From Vezdaea acicularis (Eukaryota), in assembly GCA_026025075.1 (NCBI GenBank), contig JAPEUI010000092.1:1-64000 (forward strand): a stretch of 64,000 nt of DNA, in the 5' to 3' direction. The stretch's first letter is position 1. Every line of letters begins with the position of its first letter. Shown here piece after piece: positions 47,380-59,742 of the stretch. Position numbers and translations under genes: made by a program. Under the pieces are notes generated by a model, which was not told where the DNA came from, searched no databases, and worked only from the letters and a program-made list of their open reading frames with translations.

Positions 47380-50257
47380 TATGACCGAGTGGCATTAATG
47401 GCAGTGGTATCCTTTGTCAAAACGATACTGCATGACAGAGCATCAAGGACCTGCAAATCAATTGGCTGAAAAGGCTCCCTTTACCTTATGTAGGGGGTCC
47501 CTTTATCTGGGAGTTGTGCAGAATTCAAAACTTTTATGCTATCTGCCTAATTGGACACTCGTACTATATCTGGGCCTATTGCCCCACTGGAACGGTGGAG
47601 AGTCGTCGTGTGATGGTCTGGCAGGCAGGCAAATAGAAACAAGGTTTTCTCAGGGGGTTTAGTGTACGGGCATAATACCGGCATATCTTCATCAACATTG
47701 CGGGCCGGCTCTATCGATAACCAGCTGCATCATGTCCGCGAGCGGTTCTCAACAGTGGCCCTCTCCGCATCAAGGCAGAAAGCAGGAACCATGGCTCGTA
47801 TTGAAGCTATGGGCCAAGGACAAATGATCAAGCTGCCCGCGAACCCAATTGCGCTACGGTTGACGCTGGAGTTTAGGCGGAACTTCGAGCCGGCATCCCC
47901 TTGGTTTCAATAAGTGCATCTTAGGTCGATCGAGGGGCTTAGAAGGATTGCGGCTGGTCGGATGACCGGCTGGTCGGAGGAGCGGCCAGCCTCCTTCTTC
48001 GCATCTCTTATGCCGCCGAAGCGGTCATTGATGCTCTAATTGTCCCACAAAGTAGCTGTTCGCGACGGGACGCGTCAAGTTGCTCCATGGTCGTTACCCG
48101 TCGCGATAGACAGATCATGCAGCTTACCGTGGTGTTCAGCCTAGCGAGCACGGATCTACGCTGTCAGCGCTCTGACTCGGGATGGCTGGCTGGCTCGTGC
48201 CCCTCGTGCTCGCGTGCTCTCACAAGCTTCGTCCAACGTCTATTCATGTGTCGCACCAAAAAGATACGAACGTGCTCCGTTTAGATGTGGCGAAGACTGC
48301 TTCTTGTCCTGTATCCCAAGGATCTAGAGCGGACGAACATCGCGCCTCGTATTTCTCGATAGCGCCAGAGGCGGGACTGCGTGGGGAATCGGCAATCTCG
48401 ATCTTTCGTATGCGCTCAAATGAGCGCCTCTGCCTAGCTCCACAAAGGACCGCTCGAGAGCTAACTTCGGCATAGGAACCGAATTTTACGGAGCTCACGA
48501 GCATTTGTGAGCGAGGCCGCGGACCCACGTCCACGGGGACGAAGGCGTTCGCCATTTGCTAATCTCGTATCTCCCCAGAAGGACGTCTCTTTCATGATCA
48601 TGAACGGTGCTTCGCAAGGCGAATAGAAGGTCCTCTAGGTGAGGGTATTGGCATCTCCATTGAAACATGAAGAGCCCCTTCGCCGACATTTCAACCGAAG
48701 AATGATGCTCGCAAGACCACCAGTGTGCCTCAAATATCTTCTGATATTTTATGCCAGATGCTGTACCATCAAAGCTAAAGAAAAGAGCGCCATGGGGTAT
48801 CATCATACAAGCCGGGCTGGCAACGCGTCCTTGCGACTCGGTTTCGCTCCTGTCGAACCTCGGACGCTATCCAGGCCCGATCCATAATCAAGACGCCAGC
48901 ATTCAGGGGCCCATTTCTGGTGGCGTCCATAGCCTCGCATCTCGCCGCGCCTCGCTTCCGGCAATCTGCAAGCCTGGAGGCTTTCCCATCTTTCGCAATG
49001 TTGCGGTCGTCGATCATCACCGCTTTCTTTTTCGTTGCATCAGGCATGCCAGAGGCACCTTCTCGCGCTCTCTTGCCCAGCACACAACTGTCTCTCACGA
49101 TAGCTAGGGATCACTTGTTGCGTCCTATGCCACTACCTTGCTCGCGAGGGGTACATTCGCAGGATCCATTGGTCACCCTTCCTATGTCACTGGTTGAAGA
49201 GGTGGTTTGGGATGGTGGCGGGCCAAGCGAGGGCTGGTTTACGGCTGGGGAGCCCATGATTTGTCCGGATGATACAAGCCCCCAACGGGGGTGCTCCTGT
49301 CTCATGTGCGTGACTGCCAGGGCAGCGCACCGACCTTTCTGTGAAGGCAGCAGAGATCAAACCGTCTTCTTTAGTGGGTGATATGGGATCGCATCTTCAG
49401 AGGTCGGTCTTCGTTGAATGCGACAATCATTTATGAGGATCATTGACGAGCTGAGGTGGGAAGTGCTTCACGCTGCGCCTGTGCAAACAGCGACCGTGCG
49501 CAGATCGTTCAATCGATAGTGGGAGGTGCGCTCGCTCGAGGGACCCCTGTCCGGACGACGCACGCCTCTCCGCCAACGAGAGACCGATATTACAAGCCCC
49601 GCCAGGGGCCTATCGCTCCATTTGGACTCGAACAGCTGTAGTGCTGTGGGCATGGCGAGCAGCGATGGCGTTGCTCTTCGAGCTTGGAGGCGCCGGCAGA
49701 TCCAGGAAATCAGCTTGTCGTGGGTGGCCCTCGATGAATTGACCTGCTCCCACTATTCAGCTCTTCCAAATCTCCTTGCCCCCAAACCTCTCTCGTTCTT
49801 GCAACCTCATTCCAACCTCTACATCTTTGCTCGCAATTGCCTCAAGCGCTCGCTCTCGCGCCGTTTCAACTCTCGTTTGCTGATACTCGACCTTGGGGAG
49901 CCCGGATGCTCGACAGGATTCGCTCGCTCTTCTGTCGGAACATCTAGACGCGACAACCTTGAGGTTCTCGGCAGCTCCTCGATGCGAGCGGATCGGTACT
50001 TGTCAGGGTCTGATCCTTTGCGCCCCACCTCCCAATTATCCTCGCGGGGACCAAAATTTGACGAAGCACTGGGGTGTCAGTGCGGTGGCTAAGGCCTAGG
50101 CACGTCTCACGACGTGTACTGTTCTCAAAGAGTTGGTGTCGGTGTCGGTGATCGAGTTCGTCTTTAAGCCTTGATACATCTCCTGTGCGCCAGAGTTGGG
50201 CCCAAGAAACCTTACCCAAGCTCCTCCATTAGGCGACGACCTCGACATTGAGACAAG

Positions 50258-52971
50258 ATGGACCAATTCCAGGTCTGGGAGGGTCAAATCGTACCGCGCA
50301 CCTTCAAGGGCGGTTTCGTCTTCCTTTCCTATCTTGTTAGCTATGTTGGATCCTGGACGACCCTAGAACTATTAGACAAGAGGACGGCGGTACGGGGCTC
50401 GTACAATTGGTATGCCACGACACCTCTTCATTTAGGCCTCACTGCCATACACGAATATGTGTTGACTGTATATTTTATAGGTACATCCTGGTGGGCTCGG
50501 CGATATCGATGGGGGGAGTTGCTATTTGGTGCATGCACTACATAGGAAACCTTTCGATCATCCTCGGAAATGGGGACGCCCAAATACAACTAACGTACAA
50601 TGCTGGCATCACGACTGCCTCATTTTTCGTTCCCGTTTTGGTCCTTCTTGCAGCGTTCTTCATAATCGGCTCGAACGAAAAGGTGCGGCAGATACGTGTA
50701 ATACTTGGGGGAGCTCTTGCCGGCCTGGCTGTATGTTCCATGCACTATGTGGGACAAGCGGCCATTTCGAATTATGACTGCGTATACAACTTCCAATACG
50801 TTGTCGGTTCAGCGATCATTGCAGTTCTTGCGTCTGTCATCGCATTTTGGGTGTTCTTTGTCATGAGGGCCGCGTGGAAGAATTCGTGGTGGAAACGAGC
50901 TCTGTGTGCTAATGTGCTCGCTGGAGCAGTATCTGGGATGCACTGGCTGGCATCGGTGGGCACACAGTATAGGTACAGGCATCACCAGAGCATAATGATA
51001 GGGACAGCAAGGCGTACGACAATCATCTTCGTCATAGTCCTGGTACGTCTTCAGAGAATCCATTCTAGGAGTTTTGAGGTCTAATACTATCTTTATCTAG
51101 TCCATATTTGGGTGCATAGTGCTGATTGCACTCGCCATGCTGGCACAACAACGACGGAGACGGTCGGCAAATCGAGCTCAGCAGGTTGTATTAGCCTGCG
51201 CGACGTTTGACTCTCAGGGGCGATTGCTCGTGACTTCGGAGGGGCTTTTACCAAGTCAAAAGATTACCAATTCTTATGTTGAGCGGGTATGTCGTAGAAG
51301 CCCTTTCCCCCAAGGTCTTCGTCCATTGCGAGGATATCTAACGTAATCTTTGCTTTGTAGTCTTTTGATGATATATTCACCATTTCGCATCCAGTCTTCC
51401 TCTGGATATTTCGTACTACTCGGAACTGGCGGGGAATTGCAGAGCTCATACCTGGGATGCGAAGTCACCTCCAAACCACTGCAGCAAAGAGTGGCTCTGG
51501 ATCAACTACACAAAAGTCTACACCAGATCCATCCAATGAGGATGAGGGCGTGGAGGATTATTCAGTGGTCTTCCGAGAGCTGTTCTGCGTTGCTGCATCA
51601 GAACTAGCAGAGCAGATCAATGAACCCCTTGAGAATGTTGGAGTACTATATGATGAGATCATCAGCACAGGCACCATCAGCAAGTATGGGCAGGATCAGA
51701 AAAGGGGTTTGTTTGGTTATGGAGAGGACCTTGAACGTGCGGGACCAATTCCATTTGTGTTCGGACGAGGCCAGGTTCTGTTCGTAGTTCGACGTACCAA
51801 CAAGAGCGAAGCAGCTCGGCTTCAAGCCTCAGGCTTCCGCTTTGCTGGTGCACAGAATGTGGTCGATATTCTAGCACGAAGTATGCAAGTCCAGCGGGAT
51901 GAGCTAGCCGCACACATCGAGAGCATGCAGCGATACTCGAAAGGCGACCATATACTCAACCCAGGAGTGCACATGGCTTGTTTCGCCATCCGCGCGTCTG
52001 TCCGTGGCGGCTTCGACGTCCTGGTCCGTCGCGACGCCAAAAACCAACTCCCTACGATGCAACTCCCAATCGCCTCTCTCGAGCCATGGCACCGAGAGTT
52101 CCTCTCTCAAATGGAAAACTGGACGGTCTTCAACTGCTTAAATTGGTTACGCTCGAAAACGACGTTCAGCTCTATGGCGGAACAGACATTTGCAACCCAA
52201 GTCTTTGATACCATCGTTGCCCTGGCCGACGAAATTGGGGATCCCTTCTTCCACGACGCTCTATTGACTACAAACCCCTACATCCTAGCCCCCTGCCGTG
52301 GCTTCGGCGACTATCCCAAACCAGGCCGCGCCTCCCTCCTCGCCTTCCGCATCATCGCCCCAATCCACTCCCGCGCACCACACGGCCGCCTCACCTACTC
52401 CCCCCTCTCTTTCTTCCGCACCCAGCAGCACGTCTACAGGAACATGCCCGACCACGACGTCTTTGCGCGCAAGATTCACCGCGAGTTCGCCCCGATCGTC
52501 GAGCCCAAGAAGAGCCTGTCCTACGCGACCGAGCGCGTTCGCAGCCCCAGCTTGACCGCCACCGTCAGTACCCTTCCCCCCAGCAGCCCCACCAGCTTGG
52601 CCTTCCTTGTCCCCACGCTCCATCACCCGCCCCGCGACGGCCAGAAACGGCCAGATCTCAAGGCTCACAAATCCTGGTTCGGCCTCTCTCCGACCAACTC
52701 TTTCGTCTCGGAGAAGAAAGAGCGGAAAATCGTATCGCCCCCGCTCTCCCATACCGACGCGAGCAGCGAGAAGCACCTCATGGACCATGCGGGTAACCCC
52801 TTCGGCGGCATCATGGTCAGTCAGGAGGTCAGTGTCGATGTGAGGGAGGTGGGCAAGGAGAACGAGGTCGAGCTCTCGGCGATGGGCACGTTTGGGAGTG
52901 CGGTATGCGAGATGGATGATCCCGAGACGTTTGTCGATTTGCTCTTCGAGGCCGCTGTTGAAGGGAGGTGA
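50258..52971 (+). CDS. MHYT-domain integral membrane protein (putative sensor) with long cytoplasmic C-terminus
   Basis: SYLVSYVGSWTTLEL and three MHYT-type repeats (IWCMHYIG, CSMHYVG, SGMHWLA). Introns 50410..50480, 51043..51100, 51287..51360. Confidence 0.88.
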
Positions 52972-53659
52972 TCCCGGCCTTCATCATCATCATCATCGTT
53001 AGGTGGTTTGGAAGCCTCACCTCTTCGTTATTTTGGGTCAGACGCCCTTTTTTTGTTTTTCTTTCGCGGTTTAGCGCTCGCATGGCGTCGGATGGGGACA
53101 GGGTCTGGGTCTACTTTTTTGTTGGTCATTAAATGACTATTTGGTTTCGCTCTGGTATCAACAGAGCCGATGGGAATACCCCGTTTGCATGCAGCCTGGT
53201 TGGCTGGCTGCTGCTTGTATATAGGATGGAATGGAGATGTGAGGATGGTGTAGATAGTGGGGCATAAGGCTCATATCAAAAATATTGGATGTGTGATCAG
53301 TTTATTGCTAGTGTGATGTGGATTATGATGTGATGGACGCCCAGCTCTAATGGGCGGTGTTCATGCAATTGGTACAAGTCATTGGAGGCTTCCTCACGTC
53401 TAGAAGGGTTCTATTTTGAGGTTTTAAGGTGCCGCCAGTGCCAGGTTGTGGGGGTTTTTGCAGAGGATGCTCATGTGGAAAGCGGAAATGGACTTTTTTC
53501 GAGCTTGTGGTGGACAATGGGAGGTGGTTCGGGGATGTTCAGGGGTGGGGAAAGGGCTTTTGAGCCGCTGGATGTTGGTTGGTGATAAGGGCGGGTGACA
53601 GATTGGCATGGTGATACTTGCTTTGGTGTCAAGAGCTGCATTTCAAGTTACACAAAACG

Positions 53660-54185
53660 CACCTCGAAAGGTCGAAAGCTGTTTCGGGAAATATTCTGAT
53701 CTATTGCCATGACTTAGTAATTCGTAGGACTTCAAGAAATCCTCAAGTCTCATCTGTCTGATATGAATTATCATTAATTGCATCTAGGGGATCATTGGCC
53801 ACAAAGAATATGGGTGATGCAAAAGTTACCCGGCCTCCTCACGGTCTTGGATGGGCACGCGGCCCCCGGAAGACGTGAAGAGGTGCTTGCATCAAAGTAG
53901 GAGAACGCCAAGAGCGTACTACCATATCAACAGACACATGTGGAACAAAGAGTCACAGTACAGGTAGTTGGTACTGCGTGAGTAGTCCAATGCACAAATA
54001 TCACAGAAAATCTGTACGCCGGAAGCGAACCCGCGATGCCCACACGAGATTCAAGGAATCCCGGGGCCAAAAGCAGGATTAGAAAGGCGTTCTCATCAAT
54101 TGGTTCGCTCTCGATCTACTCGGGAATGTGCAGAGACAACGGATGCTTCTAGTGAGGAAGCGTATGTACTCCGGCATGGGTATGT
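53660..54185 (-). ncRNA. Candidate structured non-coding RNA of unknown class (possibly a large intron-hosted snoRNA)
   Basis: Dense set of helices favouring the minus strand via G-U pairs (e.g. CCTCTTCACG 53883-53874 / CGTGAGGAGG 53843-53834). No credible ORF. Flanked by splice signals. Confidence 0.4.
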
Positions 54186-54459
54186 TGAGGACCTGGACAA
54201 TAAATGTGAAGAGAAGACAGAGAAAGAAATGTACGGTAGAATTTCAAGCGCTCGCTACGGTGGGCGGGAGGGAGTGGGATGGGAGATTGTCGTGGTCATT
54301 GGTAGAAGGATGCCTAGTGAGGCTTCACGAAATGGGAAATTTTTATGTTTACTATAATCAAAAGCTTCGGTAATCTATTCACCTTAATGCGTTACAGTAA
54401 ACTTCTGATTTGGACCGTTATTGTCCGGAGAGGAACCCTTTGATGTTCATATGGTGGGG

Positions 54460-54474
54460 CGCGTCAGGTCGCGT
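54460..54474. promoter_or_regulatory. Two MCB-like CGCGT cores upstream of pnk1
   Basis: gcgcgtcaggtcgcgtc about 125-140 bp upstream of ATG 54598. Confidence 0.35.
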
Positions 54475-54597
54475 CTCCCCGAGAAATTTGTTCACGTCGT
54501 TGCTCGCACCTTGGGTCGTTCCAATGACTTCGTGAACCCATTCTTGCGAGCTACTATCACAAATAGCACGCTAGATATACGATCATTCACAAGGAGA

Positions 54598-56729
54598 ATG
54601 TCAGGTTTACGATCGAACAGAGGTCAGAAGAGGGGCTCAGAAACGCGAGGTTCCTCAATCTCCCCTCCACCTTCCAAGCGGAAAGTTCCAGGTAGCATGA
54701 CGAGTAAGTTCTTTGAAGACATATACCAATCTCAGCTCCTTTCAGCCTGTTGAACTTGAAGTAGAGGATGCAGTTGCCAGTTTCTTTACGCCAAGTTCGA
54801 AGAAGGAACCGGAGAAGACAACATGGCAAACTCGTCATCAGACGCTGCTCGTGGCTACATATAACCAAGATACCAAAGAAGATAGCCTAGAAAAAAGTGT
54901 ACAGCAGCGAAAAAAGCGGAAAGTTGCTGCGTTTGATCTGGTAACTACTATCCATGGTCACAGTATGTAAAATGGAATGAGCTCTATGTTAATGTCCGAC
55001 TGCAGGATTCCACCCTCATTGCTACAGCAAGTGGGAAACGGTTCTCGAGTGATGTTGGAGACTGGAAATGGTGGCATACAAGTGTACCGGAGACGTTGAA
55101 GTCATTGCTTAGCCAAGGGTACGGCCCATTTCGGCTTGAAGCCCCCCTTTCTCTACCAATGAATGCTAAGGTTGTCTATATGTAGCTACATAATTGTGGT
55201 CATGAGCAACCAAGGAGGGATCAAGCTGGGAGACCCAAAATTCGTTAAACAAGCGGAAAAACGTGTCAATAACTTCAAATCCAAAGTATCAGCCATACTG
55301 AGTCGCCTTGACATGCCAGTTACCCTCTATGCTGCCACAGGACAAGACAACTATCGTAAGCCTTGCACCGGCATGTGGGATGAGATGCTCAAAGATCATG
55401 ATTTACAAAGTGCTGGAAGCATTGACCTTAAGGCCTCATTCTTAGTTGGTGACGCTGCGGGTCGTTTGGCTTATGGTAAGATGCCACAAGATCATTCTTG
55501 CTCGGACAGGTAAGTTTACCTGGTGAAGTCAAGAATTAAAGATAGTCACTCTAATGCCTCTCAAGAAATTTTGCTGCAAACGTCGGGATAGGGTTCCATA
55601 CACCAGAAGAATACTTCGCCAAAGAGTCGCCGAGACCGTTCACTAGAGATTTTAATCCAGATGACTATATTGTTCAAGCTATAAACATCTTAGGTGACAC
55701 TCTAGTCGAGATATCACCATGGATCATTAGCTAATAGTTCTCAGACCCGCCTACCTTCAGCAAGGAGTTGCGTCAGGAGATCGCTCTCTTCTGTGGAAGT
55801 CCTGGCGCTGGCAAATCAACTTTCTACTGGAATTATCTGAAACCGCTGGGATACCAACGCGTCAATCAGGATATTCTGAAAAGTGTAGGTGGCGATCATT
55901 CCAACGGTTAAGGAGGGTTTCAGACAACCAACGCTCTCGGATATTTTCTTAATTCTCATCACTACTTACATTGTATCATGTATCTGGCCATTACTAACAT
56001 GCCCCCCACATCTTAAATTCTTAGGTGAAACCTTTTTAGACCATAGCTGACAATCAATAGCGTAACAAATGTGTCCAAGCTGCGAAGGTATTTTTGAAAG
56101 ACGGTAAATCAGTTGTAGTAGGTAAGCGTTTGATACCGGCCCCTTCTCTGAGCCTTGCACGAATATTGTCTCACGGTGAATGTGGTCTTTGATGCAGACA
56201 ATACGAATGCCGAGCCAGACACACGAGCGATGTGGATACAGTTGGCTCAAGCGCATGCTATCCCAATACGATGCTTCTATTTTACAGCAGACCCGAACCT
56301 TTGCCGTCACAATAATGCTGTACGAGCTCTGAGCGGAGATCTGGTAAGTTCTTAACTTGATTGGAAGCTCTCACTCCTTCAGAGTAATTATAGTAGCTTG
56401 TATCAAGGCAAGTCCTTGCTGAACAAGTGGCGTATGCGACTAACAGTAGATCTTCGATAATATAGATGAACCCAGAGGATCGCACGATCCTTCCGCAGGT
56501 TGCGTTTACGAGCTTCAGGGCACGCTTACGCCCACCTACCAAGGAGGAAGGGTTTCAAGAGATTTTCAAGATTGACTTCAAGGTAAGTTCAGAAATCGCT
56601 ATTCATCGGGCAGCCGTCAAGCTGCGATGCCGGACATATCTCCGAGAAGGATTTGGCTGACAAAGATTACGCTGTCAGTTTGAGGGGAATGATGAGCAGC
56701 GGCTGGCATGGAGCAGGTTCTGGATCTGA
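54598..56729 (+). CDS. pnk1: Bifunctional polynucleotide 5'-kinase/3'-phosphatase
   Basis: HAD motif AAFDLDSTLI, SNQGG, YRKPCTGMW, VGDAAGR, P-loop CGSPGAGKSTF, VVVDNTN. Nine introns: 54704..54764, 54941..55005, 55119..55185, 55510..55565, 55694..55744, 55885..56060, 56122..56197, 56344..56465, 56583..56678. Confidence 0.95.
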
Positions 56730-59706
56730 CCGTGAAAATGCGTCAATTGTAGGTACAGCGCGTTCGATAAAAATCTGTGCAGCCTCGTGCATATTTACAC
56801 TTTAGGATCAATTCCTAGATAGCGTGCGCGTTCCAGCATGAGACCCAACGCGGGGTGCATTGTGCACGTCCGTAACATGACACGCCCAATCTATCATGTC
56901 CAAGCGGTTTGCGCAATAGCTTCTGCAAGGCAAGCGACCTAGGCCTCAGCATTCCGACTTTGCGCCGAGGGGACATCTGCCTACATGCGTTCTATTTTCT
57001 TCTTGATGCAGTCCCCGCCGCTCGTACACTTCAACAATACGGAGAAATGCGGAGGAATGCGGAGGAGTGCGCAGGGACGCTCGTGGTGACAGCTCCCCCA
57101 GCTTCGACAGGATAACGACGGTAGTACGACCCATCTACGTGCGGTCTACCTTGCTTCAAGGGCATTTGCGCAACATCAAGTTAGTATGACAGGCGTGGAT
57201 GTTGGTATCGCAACCCTATTACGCCTACCACCAGCGCTGCCTATAGGCGGAACGTGCAGCCATGCGCAGGTAAGAGGCTAACGGCAGTCCGACACGTTGC
57301 GCCAGGGCTGGGCGAGGCGGTCAAAGGCGGGTGAAAGTGGTGCAAACAAAAACCCGCACAGTGCCTATTTGCACAAAGCTCGACAAACCTGCCGAGCACT
57401 CGCTAAAGCCAGTGAGTGGCCGGGCCGTCGCCACGCACAACGTTTTATGCAAGGACGAGATTCCTTTCACAACCTCCACCACTGTGGTTGGCCCAGCACA
57501 TGCATTATGCATGTGGGAGCGAATACGGTGCTCTATACAGGAATTTCGAACGATCACCATCGCGTCATTGGACCTTAGCTGTGTTGAATTTCCTGGTTCC
57601 CATCCTGATGAACGAATCACTTAGAAACAATAGGGGACGAGATTGTGAGACGCTCCTTCTATGAGCAACAGCGCGAAAGGCAATGAAAGAGCACCAAAGA
57701 CTGGAAAAAAGCACAAAACACCTAAGTGACCTTTCCATAAGATCTTATCGTGGGTCCCATCAGGTGTTGACACCTCTCCTAGTGAGTCTGGACGGGTAGC
57801 GACATCTCTGGCATACGTGGGTCAAACGCGTATGATTAGTTGATTGTCACATCACACTACAACTCTGGCTCTCCTCGACCATTAACCCTTTGCTTCTGAC
57901 AATACCCGCTGATACGCAAGGGTTGTTTTGTACAGGGTCTACCTAATCTATGCGGGCAGATGAGGTCTACCATTCCACTGCCTTTTCATGGTAAAGCCGA
58001 GAAAGAAGGGTCCATGTGTAAAGGTTGTGAAGCGACGTGTTGGCCAATATTGCCAAGCATTGGGCATGCAGCCGAAGGAAGCTGCCCGTGCGCTCAATTG
58101 GCCCACGAAAACCGGGATCAAGCCTGAGCCACGGACCGTTACTTTATTCGAAGCAAAACAGGATGATCGCTGCCCTTCCGAACCGGCAGTTATGGGCCTT
58201 CAGTTTGGAGCGCAGGAACTTCCTCAAAGTCCCTTCAAGCGAGCAGACACCTCTGGATCTGTTTATCCCTCTGGAACGCCCATCGCTGAGCTTGCCAAGC
58301 TCACGAACTTCGAGCTGGGGAGGTGAGGTCACGCAATGGCCCTTGCGATCTTGCCAGCACATCCGGGTATTCCGCTGCTGAGTTGTACGGAGGTTCTCGT
58401 GGAGCCTTGGACGACACGCTTTTAGGCTGGTCAAAGGACCGAAGGCATTCGTTCTCCCACTTGGGACTCGGTTTCGAGGAGGATTAGCACCATAGACTAT
58501 GCTTACCCTGACCTGCATCTTTCTGTACATACGCGGGACTGGGACCAGGACATAAGCTGCTTCTAAAGATATCAAGCTCCACTGGTCAAGGGTGGATCTG
58601 GCCATCCGAAGCTTCGTTCTGCTTGAACCACCTTGCAATCAGCCAGGGCGTTGAGGGCTCTTAGTGCTGAGCATGCGCTCTCCTCGCCGACGTCGGATCA
58701 TTCTCAAACTCACTTCACAAGCACTTTGATGCCCATAAGCTGGGCGAGAGAACGGGCGGACCCCAAAAGCGGCGGTCAGTATAGTTCCGATCCTTCTAAG
58801 CAGCAGAGCCGACGGTTATGATTGGCCGCCCGCTCCGAAGGAATCTTGGGTCTGACGCCCCACCGATTGCTCCCGCTGTAGGTACGCGAGACATGCAGCG
58901 CTTGTTTGGGGCACCGTCAAGACGGTGTGGAATGCGGTCGCGCTCTGCGTCGAACGAGAACAAAGGACGGCTTTTACCTAGGAGTACATCGGTTCGGATG
59001 GTAGGAAGAATCGGATGGGGCACCTTTATGGTTGACGATGCGTTATCCTCGACCCATGGAGACCAGGCTTGCGAGGTTTGCCATCAGCACATGTTTGTTT
59101 GCACACCCCCTTGGCGTGAGGTGGAGACTGTGTGGAGCAGCACTAGATCGCGGCAGTCTCTTCCCCCGAGCGAGGGCTCTTCAGCATCGTGTCTCTTACA
59201 AGCGCATCGCCATGACATCAAAAACATCTGTGGAAGCCCACATTGGCGGGAATCTAATCGCGATAAGCTACCCAAGCTACTGAAGCTAGGCGTAGGGGCA
59301 ACGGTTTTCCGCTCCTGGCTAAGAATTTAGACTCGTCGGAATGGACTTACCGGCCGGGTCCCAGGAAAAGTGGGAAGAAACCCGCTAGGCCCTCGCCCTT
59401 TTTCTCGCCTTTTTTATGAGACGGCGACGGTGATTGGCCACATTGCCCCACTTGACTGGGTCCGCCGGTCACTTTTGCTTTTAGACCAGTCGTCTGATTA
59501 GAACTTTGCGCTGTCTCGAACCCGGGGGGGGGGAATGCCTCGAAGAAGACCTCCCACCTCGATCTCTTCGTCATCACCGCTCTTCGACGTGCGCAGTCCT
59601 ATTCGAGGGCTTCCGTCTTGGCCTTGCTACCGTCACACTTGTCTCGATCATGGAATTTGACACGTCCGCCAAGGTAGTCACGAGGTATCCGCATTACACC
59701 TGGCTC

Positions 59707-59709
<3 letters not shown>

Positions 59710-59740
<31 letters not shown>
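59710..59740. repeat. (GA)n microsatellite
   Basis: About 15 GA units read directly. Confidence 0.95.

Positions 59741-59742
<2 letters not shown>

Noticed and set aside
53810..53910. snR30/U17 identity for the structured RNA (TCCTA...hairpin...CCCAT resembles m1/m2)
   Set aside because: Motifs are degenerate versus AUAUUCCUA/AAACCAU, and the flanking lower stem with a nearby ACA is missing.
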